64,000 nucleotides of DNA, taken from an uncultured Candidatus Rokubacteria bacterium (lineage in GTDB: Bacteria; Methylomirabilota; Methylomirabilia; Rokubacteriales; CSP1-6). Position numbers and translations under genes: made by a program. Below, in pieces: positions 10,971 to 20,667 of this stretch (positions within the stretch are counted from its first letter, which is position 1; every line of letters starts with the position of its first letter). The notes beneath the pieces are model-generated. The model saw only the letters and a list, made by a program, of their open reading frames with translations, searched no databases and had not been told where the DNA came from. Where the stretch lies: positions 1 through 64,000 of the forward strand of contig CAVVEU010000005.1 in the NCBI GenBank assembly GCA_963747235.1. Reading direction: 5' to 3'.

Positions 10971-11989
10971 GGTCTCCCGCGGGGCATGTCGGGTTGAACC
11001 GCCTCCTCCAGGGTCAGGGGCGGGCGGGCGGTGAACGCCTCGCGGCGGATCGGGCAGTCGTCGAGGTCGCACATCCGGCAGTAGATGCGATGGCAGGGAT
11101 CGGTGTGGAGCGTCATCTCGCCCTCCACGCTCAGCTCCTTCATCACCCGCTCGCCGAGGTCCTCGGCCAGCTCGTGCGAGCGCTCCACCGACCAGAACTC
11201 GGGGACGACCAGGTGGGCGTCCACGTGGTGGAAGCGGCCCGCGCGGATCGCGCGCAGGTGGTGGACGCGGATCACGCCCTGGCTCAGGTGCGGCTGCAGG
11301 ACCTCGAGCAGACGGTCGAGCAGGTCGGTGTCCTCCTCGTCCAGGAGACCGCCGGCCGCGTGGCGAACGAGGCGGTACCCGGTCCACAGTAGATTCAGGG
11401 CGACGACGCCGGCCACGAGCGGGTCCAGCCACCCGATCCCGGTGAAGTGGACGAGGAGCAGGCCGATCACGATCCCGGCGCTGGTGTAGAAATCGGCGAG
11501 CACGTGGCGGCCGTCGGCCACGAGGGTGAGCGAGGCGTACTTCCGGCCGGTGCGGATCAGGTACCAGCCGAGCAGGAGGTTCACGAGGCCCGCGCCCAGC
11601 ACGATGGACACGCCCACGTCCAGCGCGCGCACCTCGACGCCGCGGAGCAGCGCGAGCACCACCTCGTAGACGATCAGGACGGCCGCGAACGCGATCAGGC
11701 CGCCCTCGAAGGCCGCGCTGAAGAACTCGATCTTGCCGTGTCCGTAGGGGTGGTTGCGATCGGCGGGGCGGCCCGCGAAGATGATCCCGCCCAGCCCGAA
11801 CACCGCGGCCACCACGTTGACGATGGACTCGAGCGCGTCCGACAGGATGGCGGTGGAGCCGGTGAGGCGATAGGCCTGGTACTTGGCGGCCAGCAGGACG
11901 ACCGACACCACCAGCGAGATGACGACCGCGCGCAGCCGCGCCCGCGCCTCCTCGTCCGCCGCGATCCCGTTCGCCACGGACTCGATCAT
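10967..11989 (-). CDS. Cation diffusion facilitator family transporter
   Basis: [32 protein letters not shown]; C-terminal Cys-rich tail. Confidence 0.9.
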   Translation of the reverse strand: MIESVANGIAADEEARARLRAVVISLVVSVVLLAAKYQAYRLTGSTAILSDALESIVNVVAAVFGLGGIIFAGRPADRNHPYGHGKIEFFSAAFEGGLIAFAAVLIVYEVVLALLRGVEVRALDVGVSIVLGAGLVNLLLGWYLIRTGRKYASLTLVADGRHVLADFYTSAGIVIGLLLVHFTGIGWLDPLVAGVVALNLLWTGYRLVRHAAGGLLDEEDTDLLDRLLEVLQPHLSQGVIRVHHLRAIRAGRFHHVDAHLVVPEFWSVERSHELAEDLGERVMKELSVEGEMTLHTDPCHRIYCRMCDLDDCPIRREAFTARPPLTLEEAVQPDMPRGRP

Positions 11990-12063
11990 ACCCGCGGCGG
12001 GGCCGCTTGCCGCGTCAGGTACCATGGACGTGTAAGGCAACCCTCACCCAAAGGAGTCGCGTG

Positions 12064-12763
12064 ATGATCGTCACCCGTCCCGCCGCCGAGCGCGGCCACT
12101 TCGATCACGGCTGGCTGGACACCTCGCACACGTTCTCGTTCGCGGGCTATCACGACCCCGCGCACATGGGCTTCCGCACGCTACGGGTCATCAACGAGGA
12201 CCGCGTGGCGGGCGGCCGCGGATTCGGCGCGCACTCGCACAACGACATGGAGATCGTGACCTACGTGCTGGAGGGCGCGCTCGAGCACGCCGACAGCATG
12301 GGCAACCGCTCGGTCATCGTGCCGGGCGACGTCCAGCGCATGAGCGCGGGCACCGGGGTGACCCACAGCGAGGCCAATCCGAAGCCGGACCAGCCGGTGC
12401 ACTTCCTCCAGATCTGGATCCTGCCGGACCGCCGCGGGCTCGCCCCCGGCTACGAGCAGAAGGCGATCCCGCCGCAGGAGGAGCGCGGGACGCTCCGCCT
12501 CATCGCCTCGCGCGACGGCCGGGACGGCGGGGTGACGATCCACCAGGACGTGGATCTCTACGTCTCGCGCCTCGAGCCCGGCGAGCGGGTGAAGCACGCG
12601 CTGGCGAGCGGGCGGCACGCGTGGCTACAGATGGTGACCGGCCGCGTGGAGATGAACGGCACCGCGCTCGGCGCGGGCGACGGCGCCGCGGTGAGCCGGG
12701 AGCAGCGCGCTCGAGATCGTGGCGCTCGAGCCCGCCCACTTCCTCCTGTTCGACCTCGCCTGA
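12064..12763 (+). CDS. Pirin family protein (YhhW-like), frameshift near 12710
   Basis: [41 protein letters not shown]; ends FLLFDLA. Confidence 0.9.
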
Positions 12764-12768
12764 ACCGC

Positions 12769-12854
12769 CCCCCTCACCCTGCCCTCTCCCCCTCGACGGG
12801 GGAGAGGTATGCGTGGTCACCCTCTCCCCTCAGGGGAGAGGGCAGGGTGAGGGG
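12769..12854. repeat. Full palindromic REP/MITE-like element between convergent genes
   Basis: 22-bp perfect terminal inverted repeats CCCCTCACCCTGCCCTCTCCCC / GGGGAGAGGGCAGGGTGAGGGG, with two internal CCTCTCCCC-loop-GGGGAGAGG hairpins. Confidence 0.85.
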
Positions 12855-12867
12855 TGGTCGAGACGGT

Positions 12868-13938
12868 CTAGCTGGTCTGCCCGAGCTGCTGCGCGACGAA
12901 CTGCTTGGCGTCGAACTCCTCCGCCACGCGGTTGTCGTTCTCGAGGATCGCGGCCGCGTCCGTGTCCGCGAACTCCATGACGCCCATGTCCTCGTAGGCC
13001 CGCCGCACCCGGTTGCCCCAGAGCCCGATGTCCTTCACGGTGGGGACGATCCGGGTGAACAGGCGCCGCCGGAACTGCTTCATGGTGTCCGACTGGTCCA
13101 CCGCCGCGACGCATTCCTTCACCGGCAGGCCCAGGTTCTCCCAGACCTCCTTCTGATCGAAGCGGTCGCGCATGTGGTAGCAGGCCTCGACCACGAACTC
13201 CTCGCGCTCGTCCCGCTCCGCGTCACTGAGCTGTGGGTAGTACTCGCGCAGGGCCAGGCGGCCGAAGGCCACGTGGCGCGCCTCGTCCTGCATGACGTAG
13301 GCGTTGACCGCCGCGCACAGGGGGTTGGTCGAGTTGTCCCGGATGCGCTGGAAGGCGGCGAGGGCGAGCCCCTCGATCAGGATCTGCATGCCGAGGTAGG
13401 TCATGTCCCAGCGCCGGTCGGTGATCGTGGCCTCGAGCAGCTTGGCCAGCGTGGGCGTGATCGGGTAGGCGAGCTTGAACTTCTCGTGCAGCAGCCGGGA
13501 GTAGGCCTCCACGTGGCGCGCCTCGTCCATCACCTGGGTCGCGGCGTAGAACTTGGACTCGTAGGTGGGCACGGTCTGCACGATCTTGGCGGTGGCGATG
13601 AGCGCGCCCTGCTCGCCGTGCATGAACTGCGAGAGCGAGTGGGCCTGCAGGTTGCGCCGGATGTGCACCCGGTCCTTCTCGCCGAGGCTGTTCCAGAGAT
13701 CGGTCCCGTGGATCGCGATGGTCCGGTCCGACATGCCCATCGGGTTGTCCGGGTCCACGTCCTGCGACCAGTCGAGCCGCTCCGCCGCGTCCCACTGCTG
13801 CTTCTTGCCCTTCCCATACAGGCGCAGCAGGTCCTCGCTGCCGTCTTCGTATTCCCAGGTGAACGCGGTCGTGGTCTGGCCCTCGACCTTCCACTGCGTT
13901 TGTTCGACGGGCAGCCGGTAGAGGAACGTGCTGGACAT
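12868..13938 (-). CDS. Ferritin-like diiron protein (AurF/N-oxygenase-like)
   Basis: HGEQG plus two DEARH (ExxH) diiron motifs. Confidence 0.8.
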   Translation of the reverse strand: MSSTFLYRLPVEQTQWKVEGQTTTAFTWEYEDGSEDLLRLYGKGKKQQWDAAERLDWSQDVDPDNPMGMSDRTIAIHGTDLWNSLGEKDRVHIRRNLQAHSLSQFMHGEQGALIATAKIVQTVPTYESKFYAATQVMDEARHVEAYSRLLHEKFKLAYPITPTLAKLLEATITDRRWDMTYLGMQILIEGLALAAFQRIRDNSTNPLCAAVNAYVMQDEARHVAFGRLALREYYPQLSDAERDEREEFVVEACYHMRDRFDQKEVWENLGLPVKECVAAVDQSDTMKQFRRRLFTRIVPTVKDIGLWGNRVRRAYEDMGVMEFADTDAAAILENDNRVAEEFDAKQFVAQQLGQTS

Positions 13939-14002
13939 GGCATCCTCCGCTTCGAGGAGTGATTGGTCGTTCAGTGGCGGAAGGATAGCACTGAACGGCG
14001 GT

Positions 14003-15748
14003 TCAGGAAACCCCGGCCCTCCCCCGCAGCTCCAGGGGGATCTCCTCCCCCATCTGCGCGTCGCGCTCGTGGCGGGCCACCTCGGCGCGCACCGCGTCGG
14101 GGGTGCGGAAGCAGAGGCCGACGGCGACCACCACCACCGCGCCGATCATGGCCCACCAGGTGAACGCCACCTCCGGGATCCAGGCCGGCTGCCGGAAGGT
14201 CGCGGCCCAGCCGAACCAGGGGGCCACCCCGTTCAGGATCGTGATGTGGAGCTTGCCGGCCACCACCGTCGCGACCAGCCCCGCGGTGATCGCGAGCAAA
14301 TTGCCCCGGTCGGAGCCGCGGCCGGTGGTCAGCATCCCGATCAGGAACACGCCGAGCATCGGCCCCAGGATGAAGCCCGCGATGCCGAGCACCACCGGGA
14401 TGATCCGCACGTCCGGGGTCGTGACCTTGGCGTAGGCGAAGGCGCCCGCGATCGCGACCATGAAGACCGCGAAGAGCACGGTGAACCCGCGCGCCACCCG
14501 CACGTAGTGGGTCTGGGACCGGCCGCGCACCCAGTGCAGATACCAGTCGTTGGTGGCGCTGGTGGCGAGCGCGTTGAGCGCGGCCGAGAACGATCCCATC
14601 GCGGTGGCGAACACCCCCGCGACCACGAAGCCGCGCACGCCGACCGGCATGACGTTCAGGATGTAGGAGGCGAAGACGTCCGCGGTGGCGCCCGGCCGGA
14701 ACGTCGGATCCTGCTGGTAGAACACGAAGAGCAGGATGCCGATGAAGACGAAGGCGCCCGCGATCGGCACGTCCATGAACGCGGCGGTGACCAGGCTGCG
14801 GCGCGCCTTCTGGTGGGTCTCCGCGGTCAGCATCCGCTGGACCATGTCCTGGTCGGTGCCGAAGGCGGCCATGTTGCCGATGGTGGCGCCGATCACCGCG
14901 GAGAAGAGCGTGTAGTCGCTGGCCAGGACCAGCTTGACGTAGTCCCAGACCCCCATCGCGGAGAGGCCGTGCGCGGCCTGCCACGCCGCGACGCGAGCGG
15001 CCTCGAAGCCGTGCAGGAAGTAGCCCTCGTGGCTCGTGAGCTGCGGCACCGCCTGGACGACCGCCGAGAACCCGCCCACGTGGACGAGGAGGGTGGCGAT
15101 CGCCACCAGCGCGCCGCCGAACATCAGGCAGGCCTGGATCACGTCGGTCCAGATCACCGCCTTGATCCCGCCCACCGCGGTGTAGAGACAGGTCACGACG
15201 GTGAGGATGACGATCGCGACCAGGTAGGGGCCGACGGTGGTGACCGGCTCCTGCGCGGCCTCGGCGCGGGCGCCCGAGACGAAGAGGCGGTAGGCCAGCA
15301 CCATCACGAGCGAGGGGATGAAGAGCCGCGTGCCGGACGCGAGCGTGCGCATGAAGAGGAAGAGGGCGGAGACATAGGCCTTGCTCCACGGCCCGAAGCG
15401 CACCCCGAGGTAGTCGTAGACCGTGTAGACCTTGAAGGTGTAGTACGGCCGCAGGAAGACGTGGCCGACCACGACGCGCCCCAGGATCAGGCCGATCATG
15501 ATCTGCACGTAGGCGAAGCTCCGCGTGGTGTAGCCCTCGGCGGGCACGCCCAGGAAGGTCGCCGCGCTCGTCTCCGCTGCGATGATCGACGCCATCACCG
15601 CCCACCAGGGCACGCGGCGGCCCGCGAGGGCGAAGTCCTCCAGGCTCCGGTCCTTCCGGCCCAGGTAGAGGCCGATGGCGGTGATGCCGGCGAAGTAGAC
15701 GACCACGATGGCGCCGTCGATCAGCAGCTCGGCCGCGGGAGAGAGCAC
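14003..15748 (-). CDS. Sodium:solute symporter
   Basis: FALAGRRVPWWA, AETSAATFLGVP, GGIKAVIWTDVIQ, DQDMVQR. Confidence 0.9.
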   Translation of the reverse strand: MLSPAAELLIDGAIVVVYFAGITAIGLYLGRKDRSLEDFALAGRRVPWWAVMASIIAAETSAATFLGVPAEGYTTRSFAYVQIMIGLILGRVVVGHVFLRPYYTFKVYTVYDYLGVRFGPWSKAYVSALFLFMRTLASGTRLFIPSLVMVLAYRLFVSGARAEAAQEPVTTVGPYLVAIVILTVVTCLYTAVGGIKAVIWTDVIQACLMFGGALVAIATLLVHVGGFSAVVQAVPQLTSHEGYFLHGFEAARVAAWQAAHGLSAMGVWDYVKLVLASDYTLFSAVIGATIGNMAAFGTDQDMVQRMLTAETHQKARRSLVTAAFMDVPIAGAFVFIGILLFVFYQQDPTFRPGATADVFASYILNVMPVGVRGFVVAGVFATAMGSFSAALNALATSATNDWYLHWVRGRSQTHYVRVARGFTVLFAVFMVAIAGAFAYAKVTTPDVRIIPVVLGIAGFILGPMLGVFLIGMLTTGRGSDRGNLLAITAGLVATVVAGKLHITILNGVAPWFGWAATFRQPAWIPEVAFTWWAMIGAVVVVAVGLCFRTPDAVRAEVARHERDAQMGEEIPLELRGRAGVS

Positions 15749-15840
15749 GATCCATTATCGCGGAGACGGGTGCCGGAAGGGGCAATCTGCGGCGCGCGCC
15801 CCGCGGCCGGCCGCGCTGGTCCCCATCGCGACGTTGGACT

Positions 15841-18795
15841 ATGATCGGCAACGGGAGCGGCGTGGCGAACATACGGAGCGTGCGACGGTGGTCGGCGATC
15901 CTGGCTCTCGCCGGGGCCGTCGCGGCGCCCTCGGCGGCGCCGGCGCAGACGTCCGTCCCCATGGAGTTCCCGCCGACCGGCACCCGTTGGATCACCCGGA
16001 CCGTGGACCAGACCGGGGGCAGCTACCTCATCACCTACACCGCGCTCGACCCGGGCTCCTTTCAGGGCCGGCCCGGCTTCCGCGTCTCCGACAATGTCGG
16101 CGTCCAGTTCTTCGATCGCGCGAGCCGCAACTGGTTCGCCACCGTGGTGCGCGAGAAGGAGCGCTCCGGGGCCACGCCGCACAACGGGATGCTCGCGTGG
16201 CCCCTCGAAGTGGGCAAGAGTTGGACCGCGGTCCTCCAGTTCCGGGACAACCAGCGCAACCTCCGCTTCAACCGTATCGAGACCGCGTGGCGCGTGACCG
16301 CCGAGGAAGACGTGACCGTGCCCGCGGGCACCTTCAAGGCCCTCCGACTCGAAGGCACGAACCCCGCCAACGCGTGGACCCTCTGGTACGCGCCGGCGAT
16401 GCGCCTCGTGGTCAAGGAGATCCAGGAGCGCAAGGCCGGCAATCCGTTCGGCGCGGGGCGCACCGTCACCGAGGTGGTCCGCCACGCCGCTCCCGGCGGC
16501 GATCCCTGGTACGGCTTCGGGCTCGAGGCGAGCACGGCGGCAATCCGACGCGGCGAGGGGCGGCGCGCGGTGGCGTTCTACGAGGCCGCCGCGACGGACT
16601 TCGAGGCCCGCGGGATGCCGGTCGAGGCGGCGCAGGCCCTGGCCGATCTGGCGCGCATCGCCCGGCCGGCCGGCGTGGTCCAGCAAGGCCTCCGGGCCGG
16701 GCTCCGGGCCATCGACCTGCTGAAGGCCGCGCCGCGTAACGACGCGGTGCTCGCCGATCTGGCCGGCGTCTATCTGTTCGTCGGCGCCCTTTACCGCGCC
16801 GCCGGGAGTCTCGCCGAGGCGCAGCGGTTCTTTCAGGAGGGCGCGCAGCTCAGCCCCGCCCTCGGGACCCCCCAGCGCCGGCTCTTCTGGGCGGGGGCCT
16901 TCGGCCGGGCGCTGAGCGAGCTGGCCTACGCTCGTCGCGACTTGCCGGCCGCGGCCCAGCAGGCGGGGGAGGCGGTCAAGCAGTTCGAGCAGTTCCTGGC
17001 GAACTCGTCCGCATCCGGCTTCGATCTCGGTCGTCGCAGCGCCCAACGCCAGCTGGTGCTCGCTCTCACTCTGATGGGCGACATCGAGCGCCACTCCGGG
17101 AACAATGCCGCGGCGGCGCAGGCGCTCAACCGCGCGGTCCAGGTCGCGCGCGACCTCGGCGCGACCGAGCTCGAGCTGGGAGTGCGGAACTCGCTCGGCT
17201 ATCTCGCGATGAACAAGCCGGACATCCCGGAGGCGCTGCGCCACCTCGAGGAGGCGAAGCGGCTCGCGACCGCGACCAATAACCCGACGTTCTTGATGTG
17301 GGCCATCAACGGCATCGGGCGGGCGAATTTCCGGGAAGGCCGGTACCCCGAGGCCCTGGAGGCCTACAAGGAAGCGGTGACGCTGGCCGAGGGCCTGCGC
17401 GGCTCGCTCCAGGACGCGGCTCTGCGGAGCGGGTTCCTGGAGGACAAGCAGGAGATGTACAACGGTGCCGTCTTCAGCGCGGTGGCGCTGCGCAAGCCGG
17501 ACGAGGCCTTTGCCCTCGCCGAGCGCGGGCGCTCGCGCGCCTTTCTCGACCTGCTCGGTACCCAGACCGTGCTCTCCAAGGGCAAGACCCGCGCCCTCGT
17601 GGACGAGGAGGTGCGCCTGCGCGCCCGGCTCGCCGCCGCGAAGACGGCCGCGGACGAGGCCGGGGAGGACGACGCCGCGGACGGGCGCGCGGAGGCCGAA
17701 GCGGCCGAGCGTGGCTATCGCGAGTTCCTCGATCGGGTCCGCAAGGAAAATCTCGAGCAGGCCTCGCTCATGACGGTGGAGCCGGTGAACGTCCCCGAGC
17801 TGCAGGCCCTCCTGCCGGAGGGGACGACGCTGGTCGAATACCTCGTCGGGCGGCAGAACGCGCTCGCCTGGGTGGTGGACCGGACCTCCATCACGGTGGT
17901 GCGGCTTCCCATCCTCCGCGACCAGCTCGTCTCCGAGGTTCGCGCCTTCCGCCGCGGCATCGAGGACCAGGCCCCGCTACCGGACACCCAGAAGCAAGCG
18001 GAGGCGCTGCACGAAGCCCTGGTCGCCCCGGTGCGCCGGCACATCAAGGGCAGCCGGGTGGTCGTGGTGCCGCACGACGTGCTCCACTATCTCCCCTTCG
18101 GGGCCCTGCGCAGCAAGCAGGGGCGCTGGCTCGTCGAGGACTACACGCTCTCCACGCTGCCGAGCGCGAGCGTGCTCAAGTTCCTCGAGGCCAAGCGCTC
18201 CGCGAGTGGCGGAAGCGTTCTGGCAATCGGGAACCCCGACCTGGGCCCCGCCCTCAACCTGCGCTACGCGGAGCGCGAGGCGCGGGTGGTGGGCGATCGC
18301 TACGCGGGCGCGCACGTGCTGGTGCGCCAGGAGGCGACGGAGACGCGCGCCAAGAGCCTGATCGACGGGGCGCGGCTGCTCCACTTCGCCACCCACGGCG
18401 AGCTGAACGAGCGCGATCCGCTCGCCTCCGGCCTCCTGCTGGCGCCGGGCGGCGGCGACGATGGCCGGCTCGAGGTGCGCGAGATCTTCGGCCTCGACCT
18501 GAAGGCGCAGCTCGTCGTGCTCTCGGCCTGCGAGACCGGCCTCGGTCAGCTCAGCACCGGCGACGAGCTGGTCGGACTGCAGCGGGCCTTCCTCTACGCG
18601 GGCAGCCCCGCGGTGGTCACGACGCTCTGGAAGGTGGACGACCGCGCGAGCTTCACGCTCATGCGCGAGTTCTACGACCAGCTCGTCAAGCTGGACGCGG
18701 TCCAGGCCCTCCGGGCCGCCCAGCGCGCCGCCATGAAGGAGTTCCCCCACCCCTTCGCCTGGGCCGCCTTCGGCCTCACCGGAGTCGGCCGCTGA
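15841..18795 (+). CDS. Exported TPR-CHAT (caspase-like) protein with N-terminal DUF3108-like beta domain
   Basis: Signal peptide (RRWSAILALAGAVAAPSAAPA; GTG start 15862 possible); WPLEVGKSW..VTVPAGTF..WYAP domain; TPR helices; ERGRSRAFLDLL; CHAT dyad HFATHG and LSACETG. Confidence 0.9.
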   Translation: MIGNGSGVANIRSVRRWSAILALAGAVAAPSAAPAQTSVPMEFPPTGTRWITRTVDQTGGSYLITYTALDPGSFQGRPGFRVSDNVGVQFFDRASRNWFATVVREKERSGATPHNGMLAWPLEVGKSWTAVLQFRDNQRNLRFNRIETAWRVTAEEDVTVPAGTFKALRLEGTNPANAWTLWYAPAMRLVVKEIQERKAGNPFGAGRTVTEVVRHAAPGGDPWYGFGLEASTAAIRRGEGRRAVAFYEAAATDFEARGMPVEAAQALADLARIARPAGVVQQGLRAGLRAIDLLKAAPRNDAVLADLAGVYLFVGALYRAAGSLAEAQRFFQEGAQLSPALGTPQRRLFWAGAFGRALSELAYARRDLPAAAQQAGEAVKQFEQFLANSSASGFDLGRRSAQRQLVLALTLMGDIERHSGNNAAAAQALNRAVQVARDLGATELELGVRNSLGYLAMNKPDIPEALRHLEEAKRLATATNNPTFLMWAINGIGRANFREGRYPEALEAYKEAVTLAEGLRGSLQDAALRSGFLEDKQEMYNGAVFSAVALRKPDEAFALAERGRSRAFLDLLGTQTVLSKGKTRALVDEEVRLRARLAAAKTAADEAGEDDAADGRAEAEAAERGYREFLDRVRKENLEQASLMTVEPVNVPELQALLPEGTTLVEYLVGRQNALAWVVDRTSITVVRLPILRDQLVSEVRAFRRGIEDQAPLPDTQKQAEALHEALVAPVRRHIKGSRVVVVPHDVLHYLPFGALRSKQGRWLVEDYTLSTLPSASVLKFLEAKRSASGGSVLAIGNPDLGPALNLRYAEREARVVGDRYAGAHVLVRQEATETRAKSLIDGARLLHFATHGELNERDPLASGLLLAPGGGDDGRLEVREIFGLDLKAQLVVLSACETGLGQLSTGDELVGLQRAFLYAGSPAVVTTLWKVDDRASFTLMREFYDQLVKLDAVQALRAAQRAAMKEFPHPFAWAAFGLTGVGR

Positions 18796-18797
18796 CC

Positions 18798-20666
18798 TTG
18801 GCCCTCCGGGGCACGGGACGCCGCGCGCGGGTGCTGCGCGCGATGCTGGTTGGTCTGCTGGTCTCCGTCGCGGTCACCGCGTTCTCCCGCACCGGCGTGC
18901 TCGCGGGCTGGGAGACGCGCGCGGTGGACGCGTTCCTCTTCCTGCGCGACCGGGTGGCCGCGCCCGAGATCACCCTGGTCCTGATCGACGACGACGCGTT
19001 CCAGGCCCTCGGGCAGCGGCAGCCGCTCTCGCGACGCTACGTCGCCGACCTCGCCGACTTCCTGCTCAAGAGCGGCGCGCGCGTGGTGGCCTTCGATCTC
19101 GTCCTCACCGCGCCCACCGTCCCCGCGGAGGACCAGGCGCTGCTCGCCGTCATCCGCCGCTGGAGCGCGGCGCGGCCGGGCTCGCTGATCTTCGCCACCT
19201 TCGCGATGCCCGCCGGCCAGGACGGCGCGGACGGCTACACCCTGCTGCCGCCCTTCGCGCCGGAGCTGACCGGGCTCCTGGGCTTCGCCAACGCGCCGAT
19301 CGGCGCCGACGGCATGGTGCGGCGCTTCACGCCGGTCCTGCCCCGGGCGGGCGGCGGATGGCTGCCCGCGCTCTCGCTCGCCACGCTCGCCGCGTCCACC
19401 GGCCTCCCGCCCGCGGAGCTGGCGACGCGTCTCGCGGGGGACGGCGCCACCGCGATCCCGCTGCCCGTGCGCGAGACGTCCGGCGCCATCGCGGGGCCGA
19501 CGGAGACGCCGGTGAGCCAGCTCGCGGCCCAGCCGTGGCGCGTCAACTTCTCCGGGCCGGCGGGCGCCTTCACCACGTTCCCGAGCGAGCCGCTGGTGCA
19601 GCTCGCGCGCGCCGGCACGATCCCCGATCAGGACAATCCCTTCCGCGACCGCATCGTCCTGGTGGGCGCGAGCTTCGCGGAGAGCCGCGACACGTTTCCG
19701 ACCCCGACCGGGCTCATGCCGGGCGTGGAGATCCACGCCCACATGGTGAACACCCTGCTCTCGCGCCGGACCCTGCTGCCGCCGCCCTGGTACCTGAACG
19801 TGGCGCTGCTCACGCTGGTCTGCGTGTCCATCTCGCTGCTCTCGCTCTGGCTGCGCCCGCTCTGGCTCGCGCTGGTCGGCCTGGCCCTGGTGGCCGGGCT
19901 CGCCGCCGCGTCCTACGAGGCGTACACGCGCGGCGGCTACTGGCTCGACTTCCTGGCTCCGCTCATCGGGATGCTGGTCTATCTCCAGGGCGCCCACATG
20001 CTGCGCCGCCGCCGCCTGCGCTCGGCCTTCGGCCAGTACGTGAGCCCCGAGATCATGGACCGCGTGCTGCAGACCGGCACGCCGCTGGGCGGCGAGGTGC
20101 GCCGCGTGACCGTGCTGATGTCGGACCTGCGCGGCTTCACCACCATGTCCGAGCGCCTGCCGCCCGAGGTCGTCTCCGAGATGATGAACGAGTACTTCAC
20201 CGCGATGGTGGACGTGATCCTCGCCCATCGCGGGCTCGTGCAGGACTTCATCGGCGACGCGATCATGGCGGTCTACGGCGCCCCGCTCGACGATCCCGAG
20301 CACTGCTGGCACGCGGCCCACACCGCGGTGGCCATGCACGCGGCGCTCGAGGGACTGAACCGGCGCTGGGAGGCGCAGGACCGCGGGCCGCTCGCCATGG
20401 GCATCGCGGTCCACACCGGCGAGGCGTTCGCGGGAACCCTGGGCGCGCCGCGCAAGAAGAAGTACGCGGTGCTCGGCGACACCGTCAATACCACGTCCCG
20501 CATCGAGGGGTTGAATCGCGACCTCGGCACCGGCATCCTGATCAGTGGCGCGGTGCTGGCCGTCCTCAAGGACCGGGTGGTGGTCCGGGACCGGGGCAGC
20601 GTGACCGTGAAGGGCCGGCGGCAGCCGGTCGAGATCTACGAGCTCACCAGTCTGACGGAGGCCTGA
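18798..20666 (+). CDS. CHASE2-domain class III nucleotidyl cyclase
   Basis: N-terminal TM, CHASE2 (VVAFDL, DGMVRRF, MPGVEIHA), 3 TMs, cyclase SDLRGFT..FIGDAIM..GDTVNTTSRIE. Confidence 0.9.
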   Translation: MALRGTGRRARVLRAMLVGLLVSVAVTAFSRTGVLAGWETRAVDAFLFLRDRVAAPEITLVLIDDDAFQALGQRQPLSRRYVADLADFLLKSGARVVAFDLVLTAPTVPAEDQALLAVIRRWSAARPGSLIFATFAMPAGQDGADGYTLLPPFAPELTGLLGFANAPIGADGMVRRFTPVLPRAGGGWLPALSLATLAASTGLPPAELATRLAGDGATAIPLPVRETSGAIAGPTETPVSQLAAQPWRVNFSGPAGAFTTFPSEPLVQLARAGTIPDQDNPFRDRIVLVGASFAESRDTFPTPTGLMPGVEIHAHMVNTLLSRRTLLPPPWYLNVALLTLVCVSISLLSLWLRPLWLALVGLALVAGLAAASYEAYTRGGYWLDFLAPLIGMLVYLQGAHMLRRRRLRSAFGQYVSPEIMDRVLQTGTPLGGEVRRVTVLMSDLRGFTTMSERLPPEVVSEMMNEYFTAMVDVILAHRGLVQDFIGDAIMAVYGAPLDDPEHCWHAAHTAVAMHAALEGLNRRWEAQDRGPLAMGIAVHTGEAFAGTLGAPRKKKYAVLGDTVNTTSRIEGLNRDLGTGILISGAVLAVLKDRVVVRDRGSVTVKGRRQPVEIYELTSLTEA

Positions 20667-20667
20667 C

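Noticed and set aside
12769-12854. Palindrome as CRISPR repeat, tRNA or attC site
   Set aside because: No regular repeat-spacer array, no cas or integrase gene, no tRNA arms or attC core motifs
15841-18795. CHAT protein as a CRISPR-associated Csx29/Craspase or Avs-type defence protein
   Set aside because: No cas genes, array or NTPase domain; it carries an export signal
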